The position numbers and the translations under genes were made by a program. Shown piece after piece: positions 13,761 to 26,504 of a stretch of DNA of 64,000 nt. The stretch's first letter is position 1, and each line of letters starts with the position of its first letter. The stretch lies in NCBI RefSeq assembly GCF_009914755.1, contig NC_060929.1; one strand, 5' to 3'. The notes below the pieces were generated by a model. It was not told the origin of the DNA and ran no database searches. It was given only the letters and a program-made list of their open reading frames with translations. This stretch comes from the human T2T-CHM13v2.0 reference genome, Homo sapiens.

Positions 13761-13849
13761 AGGACAACTATGTTATTCACTAGTAGTAATTTTGTTTAAG
13801 TGGTGCATGGATACTCAACCTTTACTATGTTATGTCTAATAATGATAAC

Positions 13850-14100
13850 TCCATTCAGCAAATGATTTATTGTGCCCCTTAATTTACCAGGCTCACTGTA
13901 GGCTCTGGGCTTATAAAGGTAAAAAAGATGCAGTTCCTGCCCTTGATATGCTTATAGTCTAATGGGGAAGCAGAGCTTTCCAATGCATTGTATGTTAGAA
14001 ACCTTTATGCACAGGGTGCTTTGGGAGAGGAGAGAAGAGCACAACACTGCCAGGGAGCTCAGGGAAGGCTTGGGGGAGGCAGGATGCCTAAACCAGCTAA
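13850..14100 (-). mobile_element. L2 3' fragment
   Basis: cattcagcaaatgatttattg...gttcctgccctt...gcttatagtcta. Confidence 0.65.
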
Positions 14101-14124
14101 CAGGCATGTGCAGTGGTTAATTAC

Positions 14125-14268
14125 TATATACATATATAGCACACATATATATACACATACACATATAGACATATATATACACGCATATATATGCATATGT
14201 GTATATATACACACATATTTATATGCATATGTGTGTGTATATATATACACTTTCCCTTTTAAAAAAAT
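14125..14268. repeat. (TA/CA/TG)n compound microsatellite
   Basis: Direct reading. Confidence 0.9.
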
Positions 14269-14279
14269 TAAAACAATTT

Positions 14280-15832
14280 AAAAAATTTTAATTGACAGAG
14301 ATGTTCAAAGTGTACAATGTGAAGATTTAATATGCATATATAGTGTAATAATTACATTAATCAAATTAATTAACACTTATCACCACCCATGCTGTACCTC
14401 AGATCCCCAAAACTTATCCATCTTATAACGGAACATTTGTAGCCCTTGACCAACATCTCCCTACTTCCCCTACCCTGTCAGCTCCTGGCTACCACCATTC
14501 TACTCTCTACTTCTATGAGTTCAACTGTTTTAAAGTCTACATCTAAGTGAGATCATGCAGTATTTGACTTTCTGTGTCTGATTTATTTCACTTAGCACAA
14601 TGTCCTGCAGGTTCACCCATGTTGTCGCAAGTGACAGGAGACCCTTGTTCTTTATGGCTGAATAACATTCAGTTGTATATATGTACCAGAATTTGTTTAT
14701 CCATTTATCCATTAATGGACACTTAGTTTGTATCCAAATCTTCGCTAGTGTGAATGTTGCCGCAATGAACACGGGGGTGCAGGTAGTGCTTCATCATATT
14801 GATTTCATTTCCTTTGAATATATGCCCAGAAGTGAGATTGCTGGATCATATGGTAGTTCTATTTTTAATTTTTTTGAGGAACCTCCATACGGTTTTCCAT
14901 AATGGCTATACTAATTTACAGTTCCACCAACAGTGTACAAGGGGTCCCTTTTTCACACCCTCACCAACACTTGTTATATCTTCTCTTTTTCATAATAGCC
15001 ATCTTAACAGGTGGGAGGTGATATATCATTGTGGTTTCAACTTGCATTTCTCTGATGATTAGTGATGTTTAGCAGTGTTTAATATAACTGTTGACCATTT
15101 GTATGTCTTCTTTGAAAAATGTCTCCTTGTGTCCTTTGTCCAATTTTTAATCAGGTTTTTTTTTTTTGCTTATGAGTTTTGTGAATTCCTTGTATATTTT
15201 GGATATTAATCCCTTTTCGGTATATGGTTTGCAAATACTTTCTCCCATTCCTTAGACTGCCTTTTCATTCTGCTGAGTGTTTCCTTTGCTGTGCAGAAGG
15301 TTTTCAGTTGTTAGTTTTATGTAGTCACACTTGTCTATTTTTGCTTTTGTTGCCTGGGCTCTTTTCTTTTCTTTTCTTTTCTTTTCTTCTCTTTTCTTTT
15401 TCTTTTTGTTTTTTTTTTTTTTTTTTTTTTTTGACAGGGTTTCAGTTTGTCACCCAGGCTGGAGTGCAGAGGTGTGATCTTGGCTCACTGCAATCTCCAC
15501 CTCTCAGGTTAAAGTGATTCTCCTGCCTCAGCCACCTGAGTAGCTAGCATTGCAGCTGTGCACCACTACGTCCGGCTAAGTTATTATATTTTCAGTAGAA
15601 ATGGGGTTTCACTGTGTTGGCCAGGCTGGTCTTGAACTCCTGGCCTCATATGATCCATCCGCCTCGGGTGGATCCCAAAGTGCTGGGATTACAAGCGTAA
15701 GCCACCACACCTGACCCATGCTGTTACTTTCTTATCAGAAAAATCATTGACAAACCATTGTCAAGGAACGTTTTCCCTATGTTTTCTTCTAGGAGTTTTA
15801 CAGTTTCAGATCTTACGTTTAAGTCTTTAATC
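14280..15832 (-). mobile_element. L1MA-type LINE-1 3' portion, interrupted by an Alu
   Basis: agtgagatcatgcagtatttg, attgctggatcatatggtagttctatttttaattttttgaggaacctccatac; L1 ORF2 C-terminus-like ORF 14530..14772. Confidence 0.92.
15361..15716 (-). mobile_element. Alu (older S/J type) nested in L1
   Basis: (CTTTT)n/poly-T tail followed by reverse Alu body. Confidence 0.93.
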
Positions 15833-15849
15833 TCCCTTGTTTACAACAA

Positions 15850-16240
15850 TAATGCACACTCCTGAATTTCAGAAGAGCACAGGGCCCTGAAGTGTGCATT
15901 TTCCAGCCTCCCTTGCTGCTCATTGTGGCCCTGGGATTATGTTCCTGCCCATGGGGTGTGAGCTAAGTGCTCCATGCAACCACTGGGGTTACCCCTTAAA
16001 AATGACTCAGCATGCTCTTGCACCCACTCTCTCTTTGGCCTTCCTATTGACTAAGAAATTGGCACAATTAGAAGAGCTGCTTGAACCTGAAATGGAAGCT
16101 ACTCGCTGAAGACTAAAGAGCTGTCCCACAGTCCTGGACCATGGGCTTCTGGGCTGCTACATGAGAGTGAAATCAATTTCTATCTTTTTTTTTCAGCCTC
16201 CGCATTCTGGGATTACAATTTACAAGTCTGTACTTTAATA
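15850..16240 (+). mobile_element. Old ERVL LTR (LTR33/LTR16-like)
   Basis: catttttccagcctcccttgc...gtggcc...agtgaaatcaatttctatctt. Confidence 0.5.
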
Positions 16241-16949
16241 GACATGAGTATGGTCTCTTGCAATGAATCAGGAATTGGGACATATGTCTTGTACCCCTAG
16301 ATCTGCCACAAATGAGCAGTGTGCATTTGAGCAACCTCTTATGTCTTGGTTTATTCTTCTTTAAAAGGTGGGTGTTGAACTAGATCTTTCAGCACCATGA
16401 GAAGTATAATAATGACCATCACATATTTGGTATAATGCTTTATCGTTGAAATAAGGCAGAGCTTTCTCCTTGTAAAGAATGTCACAAACTCTTGGGACAA
16501 GAGACAGGGATAAGTTTAGGACTGAGTAACTGCTACTTCTATCCAGACCATCTGTAGCTCAGAATGGAAACACCTGGGGCCTGGACAGGGCAGCACCACA
16601 GATGTGCTTAGGGAAAATGGCTGTGAGTGTACCAGTTCAAAGAGCATGGCACCAAAGTAGACAGGCAAGCCAAGGCCACCAGGTTTCATGTACTCATGTC
16701 CATGAGTGTAAGCCTCATGGACCGAACACAAGGAGTGTTTACAATTGTGCTTCCTGCAGTGCACCGTGGGCCTCATTCTCTAGGCCTCAGTGTCCTGGCT
16801 GGAGGCAAGAGTTTGGGCTGAGCAGTCAGGAAGAGCACCAGGTGGTAAAGGGAGGCAGAAGTCAGTGAGAATGAGGTAGTAGGGGGAGCTCCACTCCAGA
16901 GGCGGGGGCTTAGCATGGGACCAGATTGATGACTAGCTAAAAGAGAGCC

Positions 16950-17337
16950 TAAGCAGAAGCAGCTTTCAATCTTACACACCCACCAGTAGCCACATCCATT
17001 TGTCATTGCCATGGCAACACCTGAAGTGACCATCCCTTTCCATGGCAATGAACCAATGACCCCAAAGTTACTACCTCTGCCCTAGAAATTTCTGCATAAA
17101 CCACCCCTTAATCTCCATGCAATTACAAGTGGGTATAAATATGACTGGAAACCCCTGAACTGCTACCCTCTGCCTAAGGGGTAGTCCTGCACTGCAGGAG
17201 CAGTCATGGAGCTGTAACACTGCCTCTTCAATTAAGCTGTTTGCTTCTACCTCTGGCTTGCCCTTGAATTCTTTCCTGGGCAAAGCCAAGCACCCTCGTG
17301 GGCTAAGCTCCACTTTTGGCTCGCCTGCCCCGCATCA
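16950..17337 (+). mobile_element. ERV1 MER4-group LTR (MER50-like), 5' part missing
   Basis: ccatggcaac repeats, TATA gtataaat, 3' end ttgaattctttcctgggcaaagccaag...gcatca. Confidence 0.7.
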
Positions 17338-17689
17338 AGAGCACAACCAGCTCTCCCTGGACTCTTCATCTGGGAATGGACAAGGAAGACAGCATTACAG
17401 TGTGTGGAGCCCCCCAGGCCTTGATGTGGGCATCACGTGGCTGAGATGGCTTCATCTGTGAAAAGGAGCCAGAACTCTTTATCAGGCTAGGCAGGGCTTT
17501 TGTTTAACTGGTCCCTCTGGCTGCTTTTGTTGACAGATAAGGAGTATTTACGGAAGAGAAAAAAGACATTTTCATTATCAGCAGGATGGGAACTCATAGT
17601 CATTTAATTTGAAGATATAGAAGGCTGGGATCTCATTTTATACACCACATTGTAGAAGAGGGGCATATCCTGTTGGAGAAGCGGTGGAA

Positions 17690-17885
17690 CATTCACCTCA
17701 TTTGACTTTTACACACTCCTGTGAGGTAGGCAGGGCAGCCATCATTAAGTCCATTGCACAGATGAGGAAAATGAGGTGCCAAGAATTTGAATGACTGCCC
17801 CAAATGATGACCCACAAATGGTGAGGCCGGCTCAGACTAGAACCCAGGCCCACAAGACTCATGACGTGATGCGTTTTCTTCTAAG
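17690..17885 (-). mobile_element. MIR
   Basis: cctgtgaggtagg...cagatgaggaaaatgagg...actagaacccagg. Confidence 0.75.
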
Positions 17886-18506
17886 CTACTTTGCCTTGTG
17901 GGAAGGGAAAACTCCAAGCTGCCAAATTAAGAATCACTGTCCCTAAGGGCTTTAGGGGCTGGCCTTTGTGGGGCTGGTCTTGGAGTACCTTGGCCTCACA
18001 ACACACCTTCCCCGAGCCGCACTCATCCCTGAGCCCAAATCTGTCTGCTGCTCTGCCTAGGTAATTAGAGAGGATTGTTTTAGGTCACCCTTTCCTGAAG
18101 ACAAAACAATCCCTTTGGTTTCTCGATTAGAAAGCCCAACAGATTGAGTGACAAGGAAAAGTTTTTGATCTTGCTATTACAGTCACCTAATTAAAATGAG
18201 ATGCAGATGCTCCAACACCTAGTAATTTTCACCTCACTTACTTTGGCTTCAATTACAGCCCTTCCCTACTGACTTACACTGTTTAAATTACAAAGTTAGA
18301 AGGAAATATGACTATTTACCTGTTTCTATTCATACATATAAGTCTAACACATTATCTTTTCTCCCCAAGCATGAAATGTGATCACAGGCCTTCTCTTCAC
18401 CCTGGAAATGAGGGGAATAAATCTTTGGTTCTTAAATAAAGTTAAACACAAATAAGAATTCAAATCAGCCAACACCTACATCAGTCTTCAAGAGACAACT
18501 TTGTTT

Positions 18507-18533
18507 CACACAACACACACACACACACACACC
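18507..18533. repeat. (CA)n
   Basis: Direct reading. Confidence 0.85.
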
Positions 18534-21500
18534 ACTTTGGAATATATAATTTCCTTTCTAAAGTTGACTGGCTATGGACTCTGACCCTTCTGATCAGGGA
18601 AAGTTAATTGTTTCCAGAGTAGTTACCTTTATTGAGTACATAATTAAGTAATCATTGCAAGGCAGTTGGAATTACATATGTATTTTATACCAGAGCTGCC
18701 ATAATTGATTGCAACCAAGCCTCCCTATTCACTAAAAAGCATATTTGTGTTCTGAGAAAAGGCTTTGTTTACTACAAACAGGGCTTCAATTGTCTCACAA
18801 ACAAACAGCAACAAGCAAACACAAAGAGAACAGTGGGAGTTCTAAGAAGAATGCCCATTTTCTCCTCCCTCTGAGTGGAATCTGTCTGAGGTCATCTGTC
18901 AAAGGGGTGAGTGGAAGATGCTGGCTTATTCAGAGTGCTGTAGCATAGGTCTGTATGATGACCAGCCAGGGACTGCTGCCCCAAGGGCAGGAGGAAGGCT
19001 GGGCACCCAAATTCAAGAAGATGGTGCTGCCTCTCTTGCACCGTGTGCACTTACAGCTCACTAAGTCAAGGAAGGCTTGTCTGTGTCAGTAGCAATGTGG
19101 AATGAGGGGTAGCAACATGGAGGAGGAAGACAGGTTCCTAAGCAGAGCTGAGCTCTGCCTTCTGTCTCCTACTGGAAGATTTTTCTAGGCACTCAACCAA
19201 ATCATTCAATCGTCGATATCAGGGGTAAAGTCGGATGGTTGCTTTGGTACCCATTGTGCCAAAGTGACCATGAAGCTGAAGTGAAATGACAACAGTGGAT
19301 ATTTCTTACATGCCTCTTACTTTCAAACTAACTTTACCTCCGTGTTCTGTGACGGGGAGGCTGGACAAGTTCTTCACCCTTCTGGGTACAGGGCATTTCT
19401 TCTTCTCTGCTTTGATTCATCCTGGGTCCTTAGAAGCTTCTTAAAAGTTTTTTTGTGATTATCTGTGGCCTGGGCAGGATGAAGCAGCTACAAAAGCTGA
19501 GCCTTTCATCCTTTTTCTTTCACAGAGGCAGTTGGTGTTGCAGCCCCTAAAGTGTCAGGGTGCGCCCCCAGAAGGGAGGTCCTGACTTAGGCTCCAGCTC
19601 CCTCTTTTCCTGCTTTGTTGACAGTTCCTAATAACACTGCTGGCATCAGGGCTCTGCAGACGCAGGAAGGAAGAGATGTGTTCTTTAACGATGGAAAAAT
19701 ATTAGAGCACAATGCTCTCAAAATAGAATGTGTGTGCCTAGCCTTTATTTTGGGGACTTTATTGTTGTAACGGTCTCTCCTGGGAAATGCTGTAGGAGAC
19801 TTTTCCCCTTCACTCAAGCGGAGTAATTGTGTAACCTAAGGTGTCCCCAAGACAGCTGAGGGGGGGTGATGTCGACACACAGGTTTTTGAAATATGACTA
19901 CATTATTATGTTGATCAGTGCTCAATAGATCCCTTCTCTCTAAACTCCTGTTTCTTTGAAGTGGGGACAATCATATATATGCTGCCCACCCCACTAGGCT
20001 GTTATTAGGATTAAGCAATATAATGGACGAGATTGTATCTGCAAGCTGTAAAGTGCTACAAATGCAAAATGTCATTGCTGGCAATTGGAAGCCCTGCCCC
20101 CTTCTAGGGGGTGGGGGGTACCCTTCCACTTTTCATTTTTTATTAAATAAACCTTAGCCATATTACTGAAATTCACACTTCTGCTTTGACATGGGACTAG
20201 ATGTGCAAAATGTTCAGTATTCATGCCAGAGAACTGATACGAAGTTTTGCTAAGAGCAGCCCACTTTCTCAGCACCCCATAATGTGTGTGGTAAGGACAG
20301 TTGTTGTGATGCACAGGAAAAAAGAGAGTAGTTGGCTCATGAAATGGTTGTTCATCATCTTTCTCATCCTGGGAAACCCCTAGGAATCTGCATGAGTTTC
20401 TTTCATGTTAGTGTCCTGGCATTTGATATTTTATCCAATGTCACCCTCATCTGTTTTTTTTTTTTTTCCTCTTGAAATCCATCAATGAAAAGTGCTTCTG
20501 ATTTCATGGTTACTCACTTTCCCCCTTCATTAGCTTCCCCTTATTTGGACCATTATTGCAGTCCGTTAGCAGGACGGATGACTTGCTTTGGGAATGACGT
20601 TAATGATTCTCAAGAGAGTCTTTTATCTGAAGGTGATTAGGAAGAATGAAAAAGTTGTTAGCTGCCTCAGCCAGTGCCAATGGGCTGGCAGGGACCTGTG
20701 TCTCGTCTCCTCTGCAAACGTCCTGGGTCCCATTTCTTAAACCATAGTTTATAACACTCACCTTTGACCAGAAAGTGCTTAGGTGGGACCCATGTTTTAC
20801 CAGAGAAAGGGTAGAAAGCCCTCCCAAAAGGACCACTTGGTCAGTAGACATGGGTTCCAACCTCTGTGACATTTTTGATACTAGACACCAAGAGGAAAAA
20901 GCCCCGTGACATTTGTGCATGCACATGTGTGCATGGATGTGTTTGCAGAGGGGAATGGGAAACCCCCCACCATTCAGCTGCCTCTCTTGATTTGCTCAAA
21001 TTTCATTTCCATTTGCTAGAGGGACATCTGCACGTTTCCCTGCCAGCCACATTTAATGCACATCAGTTCAGCCCTAACCCTCTGCAGAGGTCAACCGCCC
21101 CCTAACTCCAGGCATCCCCGGGGGGGTTAGAGTGAGGGATACACAATACTCTAAATGGAATATTGAAGATCCCCATCTGTCTGGCAGTCCCAATCAATAA
21201 ATGTGAGCCCTTCCTTCCCACTTCTGTACAAGAGACAAGTCATCACCTGGTTTCAAGACAAGGGAGAGATGCGGGTTTCTAAGAGTTACTGAGTCCAAGC
21301 ACCCAGCTGTCACAGGGCTGAGCCAGGAAAAGGATTATGCTCTTAATCATGTTATTTTGTTACTAAAGCGTTCTTTTAAATTCCCCTCACCACTTCCCCT
21401 CAAGCAAAATGTACCAGTGTCTGAAATTAGAGGTGCTTTTCTGACACTTTTACTTGCTGAATGACTTTTTGTTGAAAGAGCTTTTGTTCAGGCAGTAAAA

Positions 21501-22219
21501 CCTAGGTGCTGGGGTCCAGGAGCATCTTATTTGGCTTCTGCCAAATTACAAGGCTGAACAATGAGACCAGTTTGTGTTTATCTGACATGGGCCTTTAGGA
21601 AAACATTCAGGTCCAAGATGTCATCTCTGATTCCATGAAACACCTAGCCTGGTAGCTGCATCAGGACAGCCACTGCTTTGGAGAAACAGTCTAAAAACCT
21701 TGTAACAATCAAGCTAGCAAGCAAACACAATTAAAAATCAGGGTTGTCTGAGGCAGTTTTCGTGTCTGAGCAGGGACATCCGGGGGGCCCCAGCTAAAAT
21801 ACTGGCTGCACCTGTTCAGCCTCTTTCACCTCTTCAGCAGCCCAGAACAAAGCTGACTGCAGCAAAAGCCACCAGATCAAGTATCAGGTTGCACTGCAGG
21901 GACTTTATACCTCAAGCCCATGTGATCCAAGCTTTTTTCCAACCCCATGCCTTGACCCAAATGAGGGGATCTAGGAAGCCCAGCTTGTGAAGGGTGGGTG
22001 TGTATGAAGGGCTTCCTGTGAGAAAGGATGACTGAGAAAGATGCAGATGCTGTCTAGATGGGTGAGCAGGATCAAGTCTTTCTAGCTAGTATTGCTCTAC
22101 TGATCTGAATGAATTGGGGAAAGAGACCATGAATTTGTCTTCAGAATAGCTGCTCTACCACTAGTTTTGGAGCATGAGCAAATCCTTTCACTCAGTGGAC
22201 CTCAACTTCCCCCAGTTTT

Positions 22220-22479
<260 letters not shown>

Positions 22480-23418
22480 CTTCCCCCATTTTTAAAATGA
22501 AAGGGTCATACTAGAGGTTGGCCATTCTGTCAGTTCTAGATAAGACATTTGGGTATAACCGGGCAGGGCTAACCTGTCAATTACATACAGTGGAAGTTCT
22601 TTCTGGCAAAAAGGACTCAGCTCTGTGACTGTTCCTTTTTGCATCTGAAATTGGATGTGCGGTTTTCACTTGTGTTGCTCTCACCCACTTGGCATGCCAT
22701 CTGGCACACTGCCCAGCTGGCCTGCAGTCCCTCTCTAGGCCAATTCACTTCCCACATTATGGCCAGGTAGCTTTCCCAAGCACAAACGGTGTCTGTTGTT
22801 TTATTTACTCCAAAGCAAGGGAGCACTCCACTGCTTCAGCTAAATTCCTAGCATATGGGAACCAGGTCCCTCCTGGCCTGTCTCCAACCCCCCTTTCCCA
22901 GACTTGCCCTGCCAAGCTCTCACAGATCCTGCACAAGGCCTGCTGAACCTTTTGTTTCCCAAAGAGCACACTTGGTGCCTTTGCAAAGGATGTCCCCTCT
23001 GCCTGAGCTAGTTGTTCAGAAAACTTGTTCTTTAAGAACCAGCACAAATATTGTTACCCTAACCTCTAGGGAGCTTCATCAGTACTTTGTTCGTACCTCC
23101 AAATGGCAACTACAAGGGCCATGTCGGTCTCTCTTTGCAAATGAGGAGGTAGAAACTATATTCTAGTCAACTTTGTGCCAGGCGCTATGGATGTAATTCA
23201 AGAAACACAATTGGAGATGGCAATCTAAAGGTTACTGGGCCACTATAGGTATGAACTGAGGCCTCAACCTGCAGCTTCCCACACTCAACTGACTTAAAGC
23301 ATCAAAAAAAAAAAAAAAAAAAATTTCAGAGGGTCAAAAGTAAAATACTGTAGCTGAAGACTTATTTAAATAATTGTTTTAAAAACACCCCTAGAGGAAA
23401 ACCTGACCTAGGCATTTC

Positions 23419-23483
23419 ATAATGCTCTTTTGCAAAAGAAATAATGCTCTTTTTGCAAAATAATGCTCTTTTTGCCAAAGAAA
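23419..23483. repeat. Three tandem ~20-bp units ataatgctcttt(t)tgcaaaa
   Basis: Direct reading. Confidence 0.85.
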
Positions 23484-24032
23484 AATCAAAGGCTGTGTCC
23501 CAATATACCTCCAATATACCCTCTGTGTTACAAAAGATAAATGCTAACAAGGAGTAAAATCCAGCCCCCTCCACCTTATTAATATGTAAGAAGACTGAAG
23601 TCACATCTGTGCAAGGATCTATTTTTAGTGGACCCTACATACTAAAATCCTAGCCTTGATCTCTTAAACTATCAAGCCTACCATAAATGTTTGATGATGA
23701 ACAAGCCCATAAAAAGAAAATGCATAAAATGAATAGAAGGAGCCAATGCATGCTCTGCTTTTTAATTACCGGTGGCTTCTGCTAAAATCCTGCTCCAGGC
23801 TGGGTTTGAGCAGAGAAACACGTCAATAATTTGGGTGGGGGTGGCTGGGTGTGGACACTGCAAACAAATACATCAAACTATACCGTTATGTATGCTTTGG
23901 AAGCCAGATACAAATGGAGGAAAGAGTAGCATCATACCCACAAAGGGTGGGGAGGAGAGCAGCTTAAAAAGGAAAAATTAAGAGATAAATAAAAGCATTC
24001 AGGACACAAAAGATAATATAGAACAGTCAGGT

Positions 24033-24038
24033 TTTATT
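24033..24038 (-). terminator. Distal polyadenylation signal AATAAA
   Basis: + strand tttatt; the - strand downstream reads tattatcttttgtgtcc...ttttatttat (GU/U-rich). Confidence 0.8.
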
Positions 24039-25759
24039 ACTTTTAAGTAATAAAGAGCCTTTTCCTTGCTTTTCTTTTTTCCCTTTTTTTCTTTTCTTTT
24101 TTCTTTTCTTACAACATACATTAAGTCGTGAATCAGATGTTAGGGGATGTGGAGATGGAAGGAAAATTGGTGACATCACAATATTTTTACAACTTTACAA
24201 CAAATATAAATCTGAGTTTGTTGCATCTACCAGTGTCTAGCAAGGGTGGAAAGCAAAGGCACACTCGGGTTTATGGACCCTCCCCCCACACACAGTGGGG
24301 AAAAAAACTGGGGAGAAATACTTAAATGCAGAAGACCAGCTCAATACATGTGGGTATTTTAGGGTTAACACCAGAAGTGATGGGTTGTGGGGGTGTAGGA
24401 ATGTGGATGTAAGTTTTGACACAGGTCTCCTTAACAGCTGAGGCAGTGATGCCTACAAACACTGGACAAGACAGCCGCTTACGTCAATGATGGGTGCTGC
24501 ACTGCCAGTACTCTCGGGAGTCAAGCATGGGAAAGAAGGGGGCAGGGGGATACAGACCCATCACCTTCCTAATTTCTGCATTTCTAGAGAAAATTCAAGG
24601 AAGAAAACAATATTTCAGGTTCTAGGAAATACTTCAGGGTTTCAGGAGACAGAGTTCACAGGATGTGAACATGGATTCCATTACAAAAGCCAAAAAAAAA
24701 AAAAGTAAAAACAACAACAACCACCTACTCCTAAACAACAGCAAAACTAATGGACTTTTGGAACAAAGGGCTCTCACCCACCCTCAGCTAAGTACTCAGG
24801 TCTGAAGGCAACCACACTGATTATGGAGGCTCCACTTTTTCACTATCCAACTCAAAACTGTCATTGTCAGTCTTTTTTTGAATTCTTTTTAAAGACAAAA
24901 CTAAACCCAGAAGATCGAACTGGAAATAAAAGCAGACAAAGAGACCACCAAATATACTGTTTAAAAAAACAACAACAACACTGCTCATGGTTTACAGTAT
25001 GTGGACAGTTCCTTTGTTCATGATAGAGTAAACAAAAGTCCCTTTTGTGTGCTTGAGCAAATGAAAACCAAGAGGAGAAAAACACACACCACCTCCCATC
25101 CCCTAAAAACATAATTAACAAAATAAAAAATAAAATAAAAAATCCTTTGCCCCAGTCAACGTTTTTGCAGCATCCATTGTGGTCGGCCTTGTACTTGGAG
25201 TTACTCGTTAATCACAGCAGGGACCAGCCTGCCTGCATCTATTTCCATGTCATTTCTTTGTGTGCACTGCACGTGTGTGCTGTGCACATGGCTTGGAGAC
25301 TCCTCCCAGGTGTCTGCCCAACCGCGCACCGCCTGCTCTCTAGCCAGTGGACGCAGCAGAAAAGAGGAATGGGACGTTAGTCCCTTTTCTGCTAGCAAAT
25401 AAGGATATCACCGTATTGAAATAATCTAAGGGAAGCAGGGAGCTCTTGAGGATGAAAGGGGATTTGACACACCCACAACAACACTGGGGTCCATGCTTCG
25501 CAGCACAGCCAAAGGGTGGTTCCAGTTGGCACAACTAGAAGGCAGTGTGAATTGGAGGGTGTGGTGCTGCCCAGCGTTCTCAGGCTGTCGCATGACAACT
25601 ATCACCACTGCATTCTTCCATCTGCTTGACTCCAATCTTTCAGAGGGCTGGAAGTGGGGCAGAGGGTGGGGAAGGGAGGGTTAAATAAATATCTGCACTT
25701 ATTTCAAAAGGGGGAACAGTTGATCATAAAGAGTTTACAAGTGTACACAACTCAAGGTG

Positions 25760-25767
25760 TAAGGCAC
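25760..25767 (-). promoter_or_regulatory. miR-124 8mer seed site (GUGCCUUA)
   Basis: + strand TAAGGCAC; a second 7mer-m8 site at 24256-24262. Confidence 0.5.
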
Positions 25768-26222
25768 AAATTTACATGTGGAAAACAGGCTATTCACAGA
25801 TGTAACCCCACGAAGAACCCGTGTGATCAAATCATTAATTTATGCAAGGTAGCAGCCAGCATATTAGTTCACACCATTTGTGGATTTTGTTTGCTGTCTC
25901 ACATGCAAGGTGAAATGGGATGGCATATTGCAAGCTGGTGCCTTCACAGAAAGTCAGAACCATGGACAAAACCATGTTGGCATCAATGAGATATGATGTG
26001 CCATTCTAAAAGCTTTCTCTCCTGATTGCTTTAGAAATTAGGATCTGGAAGGACTTTAACATGAATTAGTTTTTTTGCATGTTTATAGGCCAGAGACCTG
26101 ACCAGGCAATGAACTGATAGATTTAAATAAATATTCCCCTCCTAACTTTTTCCTTTAGCTACAGACCAGACAGTCCAAACACAAAGCTCAGAATTCCAGC
26201 TCCAACTTATTTACTCAGTGAA

Positions 26223-26228
26223 TTTATT
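26223..26228 (-). terminator. Possible proximal polyadenylation signal AATAAA
   Basis: + strand tttatt; U-rich sequence upstream on the - strand (ttctttatttttac). Confidence 0.4.
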
Positions 26229-26480
26229 GTAAAAATAAAGAAACTCAATTATTCCAGTTAATGGATTTCACGTTAAATAGTTTAACTTTCAATGGGCTTT
26301 CTGAAGAGCTGTTCATAGGATGATATTTGGAAGAGTCCTTTCCTTAAGGAAAAAAAGGGTGAACAATAAATAAAGAGTTACTTGCGTTAACGGTCACGTT
26401 ATTTCATTAAAAGAGAGGAGGAGCAGAAATCTATGACATAGTTGCCCAACATGGCATTTATCTGCTGCAACAGAAAGCTG

Positions 26481-26488
26481 TAACACTG
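26481..26488 (-). promoter_or_regulatory. miR-141/200a 8mer seed site (CAGUGUUA)
   Basis: + strand TAACACTG in the 3'UTR. Confidence 0.5.
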
Positions 26489-26496
26489 GCGGGCAT

Positions 26497-26504
26497 TTCA
26501 CAGT
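26497..26504 (-). promoter_or_regulatory. miR-27 8mer seed site (ACUGUGAA)
   Basis: + strand TTCACAGT in the 3'UTR; SEMA6A is a reported miR-27 target (from memory). Confidence 0.65.

Noticed and set aside
13988-14281. Tyr/Ile/His-rich ORFs on both strands
   Set aside because: Translation of a (TA/CA)n microsatellite
14530-15062. ORF resembling the L1 ORF2 C-terminus
   Set aside because: Degenerate L1MA fragment, not a functional gene
23303-23322. Isolated poly-A runs (also 29201-29224)
   Set aside because: No attached retrocopy or TSD seen; simple mononucleotide runs
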